A stretch of 64,000 nt of DNA, from assembly GCA_038087875.1 (NCBI GenBank), contig CM075994.1:10852001-10916000 (forward strand), written 5' to 3'. The notes beneath the pieces are model-generated. The model made no database searches. It worked only from the letters and a program-made list of their open reading frames with translations, and had not been told where the DNA came from. Below are positions 23,015-35,033 of this stretch, piece after piece (the first letter of the stretch is position 1; each line of letters opens with the position of its first letter). Made by a program: the position numbers and the translations under genes. This stretch comes from Malacoraja senta. Its lineage: Eukaryota.

Positions 23015-23546
23015 GTAATCTGAGGAAGGACGTTATAGCCATAGAGGGAGTGCAGAGAAGGTTCACCAGACTGATTCCTGGGATGTCAGGACTTTCATAT
23101 GAAGAAAGACTGGATAGACTTGGCTTATACTCGCTAGAATTTAGGAGATTGAGAGGGGATCTTATAGAAACGTACAAAATTCTTATGGGGTTGGACAGGC
23201 TAGATGCAGGAAGATTGTTCCCGATGTTGGGGAAGTCCAGGACAAGGGGTCACAGCTTAAGGATAAGGGGGAAATCCTTTAAGACCGAGATGAGGAAAAA
23301 CTTTTTCACACAGAGAGTGGTGAATCTCTGGAACTCTCTGCCACAGAGGGTAGTTGACGCCAGTTCATTGGCTATATTTAAGAGGGAGTTAGATGTGGCC
23401 CTTGTGGCTAAAGGGATCAGGGGGTATGGAGAGAAGGCAGGTACGGGATACTGAGTTGGATGATCAGCCATGATCATATTGAATGGCGGTGCAGGCTCGA
23501 AGGGCCGAATGGCCTACTCCTGCACCTATTTTCTATGTATCTATGT
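23015..23546 (+). mobile_element. CR1 LINE 3' fragment, little diverged
   Basis: Open frame QRRFTRLIPG..FFTQRVVNLWNSLP..AGTGY* and a (TCTATG) tail. Confidence 0.92.
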
Positions 23547-23842
23547 AATTTTGCCCACATTTTTGGCACATCAACATCTATCATTAATCGCGTATGATTA
23601 TTTTAATGCATGATTTGTTAACCTAACATCTAACTCAGCAAAATAATGGCAATGCCCAAATTCATCTCTAGGGAGATTTTCAATGACGTTGGTCTAATTA
23701 ACGACTGCCATTGATCACGGAGAAGAACCAGCTTTTATTAATCAAGCTGAAACTGAATGTCTTTATACAGCAAATCTGTGTTCTTGTAGTCTGATTGTTG
23801 CATGCTATCTTACACTCTTAGAACCAGCTGCACGCATGTTTA

Positions 23843-25245
23843 TAGAACAATACAGCACAAGAACAGACCCTTTGGGCCACAATGTCTGTGTCAAACATGA
23901 TGCCAAGACCATCTCTTGCTCACCTGTGTACTTAATCCATATCCCTCCATTCCTAGGACATTCATGTGCCCATCTAAAAGCCTCTTAAATGCCACTATAA
24001 TATCTGTGTCAATCCCCAACCTTGGCAGCGCATTCTAGGCACCAGGCATGTGCCATGAGTAATTACTCAGGATAGGCAGTCAGCCGGCTTTAAAAAAAAA
24101 TCTTAAACCGTGCATGCGCAGATTGTTCTCTCCGTAAAAAATAAAAAATAAGTAACAAAAACAATTCAGACGGAGAGCACTGCCAGAGGTGAGAGGGGAC
24201 CAGCAGAAGGGGCTGAAGTGGCAGTCGGTTCTGCTGTCGGGTCCCGGCGGCCGCTCGCAGTCACCCGAGCTGCTTCCTTCCTCGGAAGTGGCGGCCAGTT
24301 CTGCTGTCCGAGCCCGGCAGCCACCCGAGCCAATTCACTCCCCGGCCGCAATAAAACCATATAAAACCATATAGCAATGACAGCACGGAAACAGGCCATC
24401 TCGGCCCTTCTAGTCCATGCCAAAAACTTACTCTCACCTAGTCCCACCTGCACTATCACCTGCACTCAGCGTGGCAAGTGGGTTATTGACCCCAATCCCC
24501 TCCTTCACAACGCCAGACTCCCCAAACACTATGAAAGGAGCTCTCCCCCCACCCTGGGAAATACAGTATTTAAAAACATAAAGCACCAAAATATGTACTT
24601 ACCACGTTATTGGTACATTAAGTACATTCTTCACTCTTTGTTTCCTAAGATACTATTAAAATAATGGCAATCCATATTTGAACATCCAGCCAAGAAACTC
24701 GCTCTTCAGCAAAGGCAGAATTTGTGCTGCCTTTAGCTCCCCTTGAAACTGACGGCTTCAGGCAGCGTTGACGGCACGTGGGCTGCACAGACCTTCCCGT
24801 GTTACAAGTGCTGCGGATGAAAGGCACGGAGAATTATGCCTACCTAATAGATCGATCTCTTAGATAGGCATAATTCTCCCATGCCTTTACTATTTATATT
24901 TAATAATTGCCATTTCATAATTTTAGTCAGGGTAGGCAGTGCCTACCTTGCCTACCCTGACGGCACGTGCCTGCTAGGCACTCAACACCCTCTGTGTAAT
25001 AAAAATAATAATAAAAATAATAATTATCTTCCACATCTCATTCGAACTTTGCTACCTGCACCTTAAAGCTATGCCCTCTTGTATTAGATGTTTCCATCCT
25101 GCAGATTAAATACATTCTGACTCTCTCCAATCTATGCCTCTCATTTTATATACTTCTATCAGGTCTCGGTGAAACCTCTGTCGTTCGAGAGAAAACAATC
25201 TTAAGTCTGACTAACCTCTCCCTGTAGCTAATACCCCCTAACCCA
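23843..25245 (-). mobile_element. Old CR1 3' fragment split by the hAT insertion
   Basis: CR1 tail and C-terminal motifs on the minus strand on both sides of 24043-24973. Confidence 0.65.
24043..24973. mobile_element. Non-autonomous hAT-like DNA transposon
   Basis: TIRs CAGGCATGTGCC / GGCACGTGCCTG; perfect 8-bp TSD CTAGGCAC at 24035-24042 and 24974-24981. Confidence 0.88.
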
Positions 25246-25929
25246 GACAAACCTAACAATTCCAGACATTTGCAACAAAAAATATCTCATAGAGCCTCTG
25301 GATCTTACACTCCTAATCATAGTTGTCAAGAAGTTAGTCCTCAAGACAACGTAGGTTAGTATTTATTTCTGGAGAGGCGGAATTAAAATGTCAAAGTTAC
25401 TGAGTTCTGATTCTGCTTCATATGTGGAAAGACGTATGACTACATGGAAGCATTGGAAAGGATACAAACATGATCAACAGGTGTGGTACCAAAATTGGGA
25501 ATTACTACTCATCTTTTGAACAATGAGTTAATTTGACTGGGAATAACAGGAACTTAACAAGATACCAGGGTTCTCCATTTCACCCACTACCAACCCTTAC
25601 AGACAACCATGGCTTATTCTAGACCAAACCATATGTCACTTATTTGCTGTGGAGATCCAGGAGAGGGCTGAGGCCCTCATTCAGGTTCCCAGTGTAGTAG
25701 TGGAGAGGACAGTGACTCATGCTAAGTTTCTGACACAGAAGTGTCATCACTAACATATCTAAACAATAAAGCAATGATGATCTATTTTAGCATAATTCCA
25801 CTCCATTATTTCATTCCTGGAAACATCCTGAGCAGTAAACAAGATGCTGCATAGCATCAATCCTTTTACTTAGATCCTTTCACTTTGTTTGATTTTGTGT
25901 GGCACATTAATGACGGCCTTCGATACATC

Positions 25930-26200
25930 TCTGATGTATGTTTTGCAGGTTAAGAGTAGCGTAGACGAGGCGGCCATTTCACCAAACATTTTCCCTTGGT
26001 TCACCAAGGCCCGCTGGATTCCACCATTTGCTAACCACTTGAACTCCCCTTCCCATTCCCACACTGACCTTTTCAGTCCTGGGCCACCTCCATTGCCTGA
26101 ATGAAGCCAAATGCAAAGTGGAGTAACAACACCTGATATTCCGGTTAGGGTAGCTTCAAATGTATGAATATTGCATTCTCCAATTTTAAGTAACATCGCC
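25930..26200 (+). mobile_element. Old Penelope-like GIY-YIG fragment
   Basis: PFANHLNSPSHSHTDL..EXQHLIFRLG..NIAFSNF resembles the element at 1.7 kb. Confidence 0.6.
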
Positions 26201-26344
26201 CTTCCACTCTCCTGTTTTGTGTGTGTGTCCGTTCCCCTCACCACCACTCCCCCCCCCTGTTACCCTCACCCCCCCCCCCACCACCTGATGCACTCATTTC
26301 TCCCACCATCCCCCTCTTCTTTAACCCACTCTATCCTATCTATA

Positions 26345-26848
26345 TAGAAACATTGAAAATAGGTGCAGGAGTAGGCCACTCTGCCCTTGCAGCCAGAACA
26401 GCCATTCAATATCATGATGGCTGATCATCCAGAATCATAACCTTGTTCCTGCTTTCTCCCCATATCCCTTGATTCCGTTAGCCCTAAGTGGTATATCTAA
26501 CTCTCTTGAATACATCCGTTGAATTGGCCTCCACTGCCATCTGTGGCTGAGAATTCCGCAGATTCACAACTCTCTGGGTGAAAAAGTTTTTCCTCATCTC
26601 AGTCCTAGATGGCCTACCCCTTATTCTTAAACTGTGATCCATGTTTCTGGACTCACCCAACATGGGGAATATTTTTCCTGCATCTAGCATGCCCAATCCC
26701 TTAAACATGTTATGTTTCTATAAGATCCTCTCTTATCCTTCTAAATTCCAGTAAATATAAGCCCATTCTAAATTCCAGTGAAGAAAAGCCCAGTCTAAAT
26801 TCCAGTGAAGAAAAGGCCAGTCTAAATTCCAGTGAATATAAGCCCATT
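26345..26848 (-). mobile_element. CR1 3' fragment with four 27-bp tandem repeats at its 5' truncation point (26741-26848)
   Basis: LDAGKIFPMLGESR..FFTQRVVNL motif; CTAAATTCCAGT..AAGCCCA.T repeated four times. Confidence 0.85.
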
Positions 26849-27224
26849 ATCTCCCTCCTTCTGTTTTGCATTTTACTTCTCTTCTTTCATTATCTCACAG
26901 CCTTGTCTCTTTTTTATCTCCAGCGTTTGTCTGCTCATCTGCCAATAAAACCCCCTCACCTGTGTCCACCTATAACTTGCTAGGCATTATCCCCCTCCCA
27001 CCTCTTTTTCAGCTTCCTCGCTTTCCCTATTACAACCAAAACATCATCTATTCATTCCCTCCAGTGAGGTGGCCTGACCTGCTGAGTTATACCAGCACTG
27101 TATGTTTTATCTTTGGTGTGCTAGTTGTAAATGTGGCGCTGGATATGCTAAATGGTTTAGTTTTTATGTACCCTGCCACAGTCCACAGTCTGGTGTTTCC
27201 CTAATGCTGATGCCAGCCTAACTG

Positions 27225-30200
27225 ATAATAATAATAATAATAATAATAATAACTTTATTTATAAAGCACTTTAAACAACCACAGTTGCCACAAAGTGCTG
27301 TACATGAGAAATCACGAACAAAAAGCTATTACAAACAATTAAAACCCATTACAAACCGTAAAACGAAGGACTATAAAAAACACACAAAAAATTAAAAGAC
27401 ATTAAAAGCACTAAAAACAGGGGCAATGCCTCAGCCAGTGTCGAAAGCCAAAGAATAAAAATATGTTTTTAGGGAGGATTTGAAGATGGACAGTGAGGGG
27501 GCCTGTCTGATGTGCAGCGGCAAGGTGTTCCAGAGTGCCGGAGCAGCAACAGAAAAAGCTCTATCCCCTCTGAGCTTCCGCTTAGACCTTGGTACCTCAA
27601 GGAGCAGCTGATCAGCTGACCTGAGGCACCGGGCAGGAGCATATAGGTGGAGCAGCTCAGAGAGGTAAGGCGGGGCGAGCCCATTCAAGGATTTAAAAAC
27701 AAATAAAAGAATTTTGAAATGAACTCGAAAGTGCACTGGGAGCCAGTGTAGGGAGGCCAAAATTGGCGTAATGTGCTCCTTCTTTCGAGTTCCAGTCAAA
27801 AGGCGAGCGGCAGCATTTTGAACAAGCTGGAGGCGAGCCAATGAAGCTCGTGCGACTCCAGAGTAGAGTGCGTTACAGTAATCCAGCCTAGATGTAATAA
27901 AGGCATGGATTACTGTTTCAAAATGCTCCCGCTCGAGAATGGGCTTCACCTTTGCCAGCTTCCTTAGGTGAAAGAAGCTGGACTTAACCACCGCGCCTAT
28001 TTGTTTGTCTAGTTTAAAATCACCGTCCATCCTAAAACCCAGGTTCAAGACGGTTGGCTTTACAGACAATGCCAGTGGACCCAAATCAACAAAGGGAGGT
28101 TCACGGCAGCCATTGGGGCCAAACAAAATCACCTCTGTCTTCTCTTCATTAAGTCCCAGAAAGTTTAAGGCCATCCAGGACTTAATGTCCTCAAGACAAG
28201 ACAGAAGTGATTTTAGAGAATAGTCTTCTTCTTTCCTGAGTGGCATATATAACTGGCTATCATCTGCATAAAAGTGAAAGGAGATGCCATGCCTTCTTAA
28301 AATTGAGCCCAGAGGAAGTAGGTATAAGGAGAAGAGCAGGGGCCCTAAAATTGAGCCCTGTGGAACCCCATATACCAAGGGAGTGGAGGAGGATTCAAAG
28401 CCAGCAAGGCTTACACGCATGGTTCTATCTGCCAGATAGGACCTGAACCATTCCAGGGCACTGCCACAAATGCCCACTTGGTGCTGTAGTCTGGAAATTA
28501 ATATTCCATGGTCCACTGTATCGAAGGCGGCAGATAGGTCCAGCAAGACAAGAACCACATAATTACCTGAGTCGTTTGCCAGGAGGATGTCGTTGAAGAC
28601 CCTTAGCAGAGCCGACTCTGTGCTATGCATAGCCTTGAATCCAGACTGGAAAACTTCCCGAATATTGTGCTCATCCAGGAAGAGTTTCAGCTGCGCATAA
28701 ACTACCTTCTCCATGATCTTAGAAATAAAAGGCAACTTGGAGATCGGCCTAAAATTGGCCAGATCAGTTTGATCCAGGCCTGGTTTTTTAAGTAGTGGTT
28801 GCACTACAGCATGTTTAAAATTTATGGGGACAACCCCAGAACACAAGCTACTGTTTATAATGGCGAGAACCGACTGCCCTATACTCGGGAAAACCTCTTT
28901 AAAAAGAAGAGGAGGGACAGCATCACAGGGGGAACCCGACGGCTTAATATGCCTAACCACATCCTCTAGTCCCGACAATGTCAGAGGCACAAACTTTTCA
29001 AATGCCACCAGGCATGGGGCCGGAACAGAGGGGTCAGAGGCAGGAGCTGAGATGAGAGCCCTTATAGAAACGACCTTATTAATAAAGAAGTGCAGGAAGT
29101 CATTGCACAAATCGGACGATGCTTCCAAGCAAACAGGCTGTGGGGCATTTAAAACAGAATCAATAGTTTTGAATAATACGCGTGGGTCGTGACGCTTAGC
29201 CACTATTATATTAGACAGGTAATATCTTTTGGCCTCTTTAACAGTATTTTGGTAATTTCGCCAGCTGTCCTTTAGGATTTGCGATGAAACCTGCAGCCTG
29301 TCCTTCTTCCACTTTCGTTCAGCTCTGCGACAATCCCGTCGAGCTGTACGTGTTGCGTCACTAAACCAGGGCTCGGGTTTAGCTCTGGGCTGCAAAGTTT
29401 TTAAAGGAGCCACAGAGTCCAGTATAGTTGTGCAGGAGGAGTGGAACCAAGAACTAATCTCCTCCGTACCAAGGGGAGTGGACGCAGAGGGGGCACAGAG
29501 CTGATCGAAAGCAGCAGAGAATTGGCCAGCAGCAGAAGGGTTAAAGGACCGACAGCGCCGAGCAGACGATACAGGTCTAACTGCAGCACTGGAAAAACCA
29601 ACATCAAACAGTACAGGCATGTGATCAGAAAACACACTATCACAGACCTCCAAGTTTAATACAGGCAAGCCATAGGAAAGAACAAGGTCCAATGTATGTC
29701 CATGTTCGTGTGTGGGACCAGACACACACTGCACAAAATTAAAAGAATCAATAAGACTTAAAAAGTCCTTCGCCAACGGCTTATCGGGACAGCACACGTG
29801 TATGTTAAAATCCCCAACCACAAGGACACGGTCATAGTTGGGCATAATCCCAGCCAGAAACTCAGAAAAATCAGACACAAAGTCCTTGTGGTATTTGGGG
29901 GGTCGGTAGATGACAGCACAAAGCACCGTGTCGGAGCGACCCACCTCAAATAAAGTTGCCTCAAAGCTGGAGAACGTTGATAATGCAGTGCACTGTTTGC
30001 ATTTAAAAGTGCTTTTATAAATGACTGCAATTCCACCTCCACGGCCCGACATCCGTGGCGAGTTGAAATAAGAGCAGCCCGCCAGCAGAAGTTCAGTAAA
30101 AGCGCTGCACTCACCAGGACCGATCCAAGTCTCTGTCACACAGAGGAAGTCCAGGGCCCGGGAGCAGAAGAAGTCCCTCAAAATAAAAGTCTTGTTTGCC

Positions 30201-31025
30201 AGCGATCTGGCGTTCACCAGGCCAACCCGGGAAGGGGATGGACTCTTTAGGTCTGCAGATCGGGGAGCCCGGGACAGTGTCCGCAGGTTCCGGATATTCA
30301 CCCCGCGATGGCGGAGTCGAGGAGAGCAGGGGGAGCGGAGCTGGTCCCGCTGCAGCCTCCGATCGTAAGCGGGTAGGGGGGGAGGGGGGGAGAAAGCAAC
30401 CTGAAGCAGCCGGCACACCCGGCGACCGCCCCCGTCCCCTCCGAGGCGGCGTGTCCGGCCAGTTTTCCGGGCCGTAGCAGGCGGGCAGCCCTCTACACCT
30501 TCCGGGAGGAGTTGGTCCGGTGGCAGCTGAGAAGCACCAGGCTGGAGACCCCGGAAGCGCGGGCTCACCTTGAGGCTGCCCCCCTCCCCTCCGAGGCGGC
30601 GTGTCCGGGCAACTCTCCAGGCCGCAGCAGGCAGGCAGCGCTCTGTACCCTCTGGGAGGAGATGGTCCGGTGGCAGCTGAAAAGCACCGGGCAGGAGACC
30701 CCGAAGGCGAGGCCCACGAAGAAGTCGCTGACAAGGGAACCCGGGCGCACCCAGTCTAAAACTCACCAGTCGACCGCCGCGCTTTCCACGGCGACGGCGA
30801 CGCTTCCTTCGAGGCAAGGCCCAGTCCAGGTGAGTCGAGGTTCCGGATAAGAACGGTGGCAGGGTATTATATTCAAACGCACCGACAAACGCACCGACAT
30901 TATGTCGTAGATCTTGGAGAGATTGACGGTCGTACACCAGCAGAGACTTTACCTGTATAGTGCCAAAAAACACCAAACACAAACAGAGCGACAGACGAGC
31001 AGCCACACACACCGGCGCCATCTTA
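27225..31025 (-). mobile_element. Full-length single-ORF L2-clade LINE (family A)
   Basis: (ATT)n tail at 27225-27251, L2-type 3' end GTACAGCACTTTGTGGCAACTGTGGTTGTTTAAAGTGCTTTATAAATAAAG, and 5' end AAGATGGCG. Confidence 0.93.
27431..31021 (-). CDS. L2 ORF: APE endonuclease plus reverse transcriptase, 1196 aa, uninterrupted
   Basis: APE motifs NARSL, TETW, IYRPP, GDFN, TLDL, SDH. RT motifs [35 protein letters not shown]2 C-terminus SRLDYCN, LQLVQNAAAR, LHWLP. Confidence 0.95.
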   Translation of the reverse strand: MAPVCVAARLSLCLCLVFFGTIQVKSLLVYDRQSLQDLRHNVGAFVGAFEYNTLPPFLSGTSTHLDWALPRRKRRRRRGKRGGRLVSFRLGAPGFPCQRLLRGPRLRGLLPGAFQLPPDHLLPEGTERCLPAAAWRVARTRRLGGEGGSLKVSPRFRGLQPGASQLPPDQLLPEGVEGCPPATARKTGRTRRLGGDGGGRRVCRLLQVAFSPPPPLPAYDRRLQRDQLRSPCSPRLRHRGVNIRNLRTLSRAPRSADLKSPSPSRVGLVNARSLANKTFILRDFFCSRALDFLCVTETWIGPGECSAFTELLLAGCSYFNSPRMSGRGGGIAVIYKSTFKCKQCTALSTFSSFEATLFEVGRSDTVLCAVIYRPPKYHKDFVSDFSEFLAGIMPNYDRVLVVGDFNIHVCCPDKPLAKDFLSLIDSFNFVQCVSGPTHEHGHTLDLVLSYGLPVLNLEVCDSVFSDHMPVLFDVGFSSAAVRPVSSARRCRSFNPSAAGQFSAAFDQLCAPSASTPLGTEEISSWFHSSCTTILDSVAPLKTLQPRAKPEPWFSDATRTARRDCRRAERKWKKDRLQVSSQILKDSWRNYQNTVKEAKRYYLSNIIVAKRHDPRVLFKTIDSVLNAPQPVCLEASSDLCNDFLHFFINKVVSIRALISAPASDPSVPAPCLVAFEKFVPLTLSGLEDVVRHIKPSGSPCDAVPPLLFKEVFPSIGQSVLAIINSSLCSGVVPINFKHAVVQPLLKKPGLDQTDLANFRPISKLPFISKIMEKVVYAQLKLFLDEHNIREVFQSGFKAMHSTESALLRVFNDILLANDSGNYVVLVLLDLSAAFDTVDHGILISRLQHQVGICGSALEWFRSYLADRTMRVSLAGFESSSTPLVYGVPQGSILGPLLFSLYLLPLGSILRRHGISFHFYADDSQLYMPLRKEEDYSLKSLLSCLEDIKSWMALNFLGLNEEKTEVILFGPNGCREPPFVDLGPLALSVKPTVLNLGFRMDGDFKLDKQIGAVVKSSFFHLRKLAKVKPILEREHFETVIHAFITSRLDYCNALYSGVARASLARLQLVQNAAARLLTGTRKKEHITPILASLHWLPVHFRVHFKILLFVFKSLNGLAPPYLSELLHLYAPARCLRSADQLLLEVPRSKRKLRGDRAFSVAAPALWNTLPLHIRQAPSLSIFKSSLKTYFYSLAFDTG

Positions 31026-31410
31026 GTTCCTCATTTTCTATCTCCCTCTCTCCTGAAATAGTGAGGCGCCATTTGCTCTCTTCCAATTTGTGTGAACCAT
31101 TCTGCAACCTACGGAATTTTGAAAGACGATGAACAGTGCGCCTGCCTGAAAGGCTACGGATCAAGTTCTGGAATTTGGACAGCTATTTTCCAGCCGGCAT
31201 GGACATCATCATCTATGTCATCAACTCTACGATTCCTTGAAGCTGTCAAGACGTCTGATTCACACAACACAGTGGAAACCTGGAGCACTCGCCCCAAAAG
31301 GCTTTTTGGATGCTGTGGGTCAGTTGGTACTTTCACTGTCATGTTAGATCATAATTTTGGTGGGAGGGTTAATGAGGGATTCGGAGCAAATGTGATCAAT
31401 TATCTGAGCA

Positions 31411-31708
31411 CAGGCCTTCACTGACTAACAAATGGATTCCATTTGTACAGATGTTGATTTTTGTATATGTCAGAAAATAGGCAAAAATTACTCCATGGTA
31501 ACCATTCTACTACATTTTGTAATGAATGGCATTACAAAAACACATAATGCTGACAAGAAGGAACAATTGTTAAAAGAGACAAAACTAGTTCTGACGTTCC
31601 TAGAAATGAATGTTTGAATGTACATCGGAATTTTGAATTTAGTATTGGAGCTTTTCTGCATGTATGGGTTTCTCGTAAGTGGGGCATTTGTTACTCTGGG
31701 ACGGCCTG
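31411..31708. mobile_element. Old Tigger/pogo-like MITE
   Basis: CAGGCCTTCACTGACTAACAAATG matches the reverse complement of the right end, CAGGCCGTCCCAGAGTAACAAATG, at 20/24 positions. Flanks CA/TG could be a decayed TA TSD. Confidence 0.55.
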
Positions 31709-32904
31709 TGTACTGCTCGGTCATGGTCTAATTGAATGTTAAGAAAAATATTGGAGGAACTGAATTATGCTTTTATCTTTGAAAATGAATGTTGTGCAGA
31801 TCATCTAATTGAGGTATAGAAAAGTATTTATGGCACTTGGAATATAATTTCATATTCAGGAGGGAGGGACGGAATGCTTAGGCACAACACATTTGCCATA
31901 TGCTTGTTTAGTTTCTGTAATGAAGAATGTTTTGTAATCTGGCAAGCAAAGTCATTAATGGATTGTCTTGCGATTCTCAGGCATACTTGACATGGCTATT
32001 TCACAATGCCTGGCTATTTCACATAATAGATCAAAAGTATTGCCTTTGATTCTTTTTCACTAAATCAGTATCCCTTGGTTGGAAACCTTTATGCCTTTGG
32101 CAAGAACCGTATGTACAGGACTGATCTATGAACACTCCTTTTAATCTTTAACCTTTCCCACTTTCTTTGGATTTTTCATGTAAGTGAAGCCTTTCATCTT
32201 GATACAATTCTTGCTGTTTAATGCAGTCGAGCAGACTTGTGTAGAAGAGATTTGTAAAAATGTAGCATACCTTACTTCCTTTTATACTTTGCTTCTTTGT
32301 TCCAACGGTTCTGTGTTCCTTTTTTAAACTGACTACTCAACCAACTTGTTCTGCAATTGTTAAACATTGCCTTTGTACATCTGCAGCGGTCTCTGTCCCA
32401 ACATCCCCCATAAAATGGTACCATTTAGTTTACATGGAATTCTAGAGGTGAGAGCTGGGTTACTGTTCCTTCTCCGTTGCTAAGGTAGCACACCGTGCAG
32501 TGTAGCATTGATTCCACTGATGAGGTGATGTGGAATGCTTGGTTTTAGGTACTGGTCATTCCAACCAATGACAGGACTCAGACACAAGTCATAAACAACT
32601 CTAGACTGTCATTAGAACATTGGACATTAAACACTACTGTAGAATTGCATGTAAACATGGGTGACAAACTGCATTAATATTTCCCATGATTACAAGCATC
32701 TGATAATACCACGAAATACTCCTGCCAGAAGTATGCAAAACACTTTTGCTTTAATTAATCTAAAAATCTCATTACAAATTGCTTTACTTGCAAAGCCTAG
32801 ATGTTTTTGTGTCACCGTCAGAGTTGTAAATGTGACTTGTATCCTTCCTGAGTAATCGATTTAAAATGCATTTAAAAGTTCATATGTCATTGTTTAACCA
32901 TTGT

Positions 32905-33455
32905 CTACTCCGCCATTTAATCATGGCTCGTCTATCCTTCTCGACCCCATTCTCCTACTTTCTGCCATAACCTTTGACACCCTTCCTAATCAAGAACATG
33001 TCAATCTCTGCTTTAGGTATACCCAATGACATGGCCTCCACAGCCACCTGTGGCAATGAATTCCACAGATTCACCACTCTGACTGAAGAAATTCATCCTT
33101 ATCTTTCTATAGGTATGTGCTTTTATTCCGAGGCTGTGCCCTGTGGTCTGAGACTCTCCCACTAGTGGAAACATCCTCTCCACATCCACCCTATCCAGGC
33201 CTATCATTATTCATAAAGTTTCAATGAGGTCCTCTCTCATCCTTCCAAACTCCAGTGAGTACAGGTCCTGAGTGGTCAAACGCTCATACGTTAACCCAAT
33301 CGTCCCCGGGATCATTCTCGTAAACCACCTCTGGATGCCAACCTCAGATGTAGGCCCAAAACTACTCACAATACTCCAAATGCAGTCTGACCAGTGCCTT
33401 CGAAAGCCACAGCATTACATCCTTGTTTTTATATTCTGATTCTCTCGAAATAAAC
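32905..33455 (-). mobile_element. CR1 3' fragment
   Basis: GLDRVDVERMFPLVGES on the minus strand. Confidence 0.82.
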
Positions 33456-35033
33456 GCTTTAGATCACTTGCCGGGCTTTTTCTCCCCACCCCTGCCCCCT
33501 CCCCTCTAGACAAGCCTGTCGGACACCTGCTTCACACTTATGTTCTGCATCCACAATCAGCAATTCTGAAAAAACTGTGACTCTTCCTGCCCGTTTTTAA
33601 AACCTTTTTCTTGTTAAAAAGCAGACTCCTACTTCCAGCAAGATGGCTCTTCTCCCTCTGGCTTCAGTTTTTACAGTAAAAATAATCCCAATGATCCTCT
33701 GCTTCCATTGTATTTGATACTCCCACACTCTGGCCAGGGACCTCTTCCAGATCTGTGCTTTCTGCGGATTCACTCTCAGGAAGACTGATCTTGCATCTCC
33801 CAGAGTAACTGTTGGTGCAAGTGCATCCAACACTAGATGGATTTGTTCAAATTACTCAGCATCATATCTGGTAAAATGCTTATGACAATTGTGATTGAAT
33901 TGTTGTTGGAGAAATTAGTTAATTCATGTTACTGTCATAATTAATCCTCCCAATCGGAACAAAACCTCAACCACAATTGATCTTCATTTTTATACACCTT
34001 TGATTTTGTATATTAACTCCTGAATGTTCCTGATCCTATACCCACCTTTCTCAGCTGTGGTATTTTCCAAATTGTTTATTGGTTCTTACAAATCGTTCCT
34101 CCAAGCTATTTGCTTTTAAGAACAAAGTCTTCCCTGGGTGCCACGCTTTACCTACATACTTGTGCACTAGAGCGTACTTCGAAAGGCATAATTGCTGCAG
34201 AGATGGGTTTTTAAGTGGAGATGGCCTCTTGGCTCCCTTCATCGTCCCACAAAAGAGAGAGCACCTGCCTCATAGTACATGTGATGATGTCCTGTTGACT
34301 TCCTGACCTGCAAGTGAGTTATAAAAGCTAGTCCTAGCACAATGGAGGTGTGGGGAAAGAATATCTAGCTTGTTTCAGTGGAATGCAAAACAGGTGGGCT
34401 GCTTTGAATAATGATCTCAACTATGGGAATGCTGTTGGAGAGGCATTAATTGATGCAAATGGATAGAATCCTATCAAGCTCCTGCCTTGCATCTGGTTGA
34501 AAACTTCGGGACATGAGTAGATGGGTTACTACAACCCCTGACCAGCTCTTGTAGCCACAGTAATTGTGTTTGATCTAGTTGAGTTCTGGCCAGTGACGAC
34601 TCCAGAATGTTGGTGTAACTTGGCAATGCTAATGCGATTGAACATCATCTGTATGCGGTTCGATTCTCCATTTTTGGAGCTGATCTTTGATTCTTCTGTG
34701 TATGAATGTTACTTGCCACTGTTTAGTCTACGCCGAATGTCGTCCAGATTCAGCTGAATGCTGGACATGAACTATTTAATTTTCTAAAGATTATAGAGTG
34801 ATACAGTGTGGAAACAGGCCCTTCTACCCAACTTGTTCACACCAGCCAACATGTCCCAGCTACATTAGTCCTACCTGCTTGTGTTTGGTGCATATCCCTC
34901 CAAACCAGTCCTATCCATGTACCTGTCTAACTGTTTCTTAAATGTTGGGATAGTCCCAGTCTCAACTACCTCTTCTGGCAGCTCGTTCCATACACCCATC
35001 ACCCTTTGTGTGATAAAGTTACCCCTCAGATTC

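Noticed and set aside
31150..31240. Peptide FWNLDSYFPAGMDIIIYVINST resembling ARF/ARL GTPases
   Set aside because: No P-loop, DxxG or NKxD motif nearby; the resemblance is too short.
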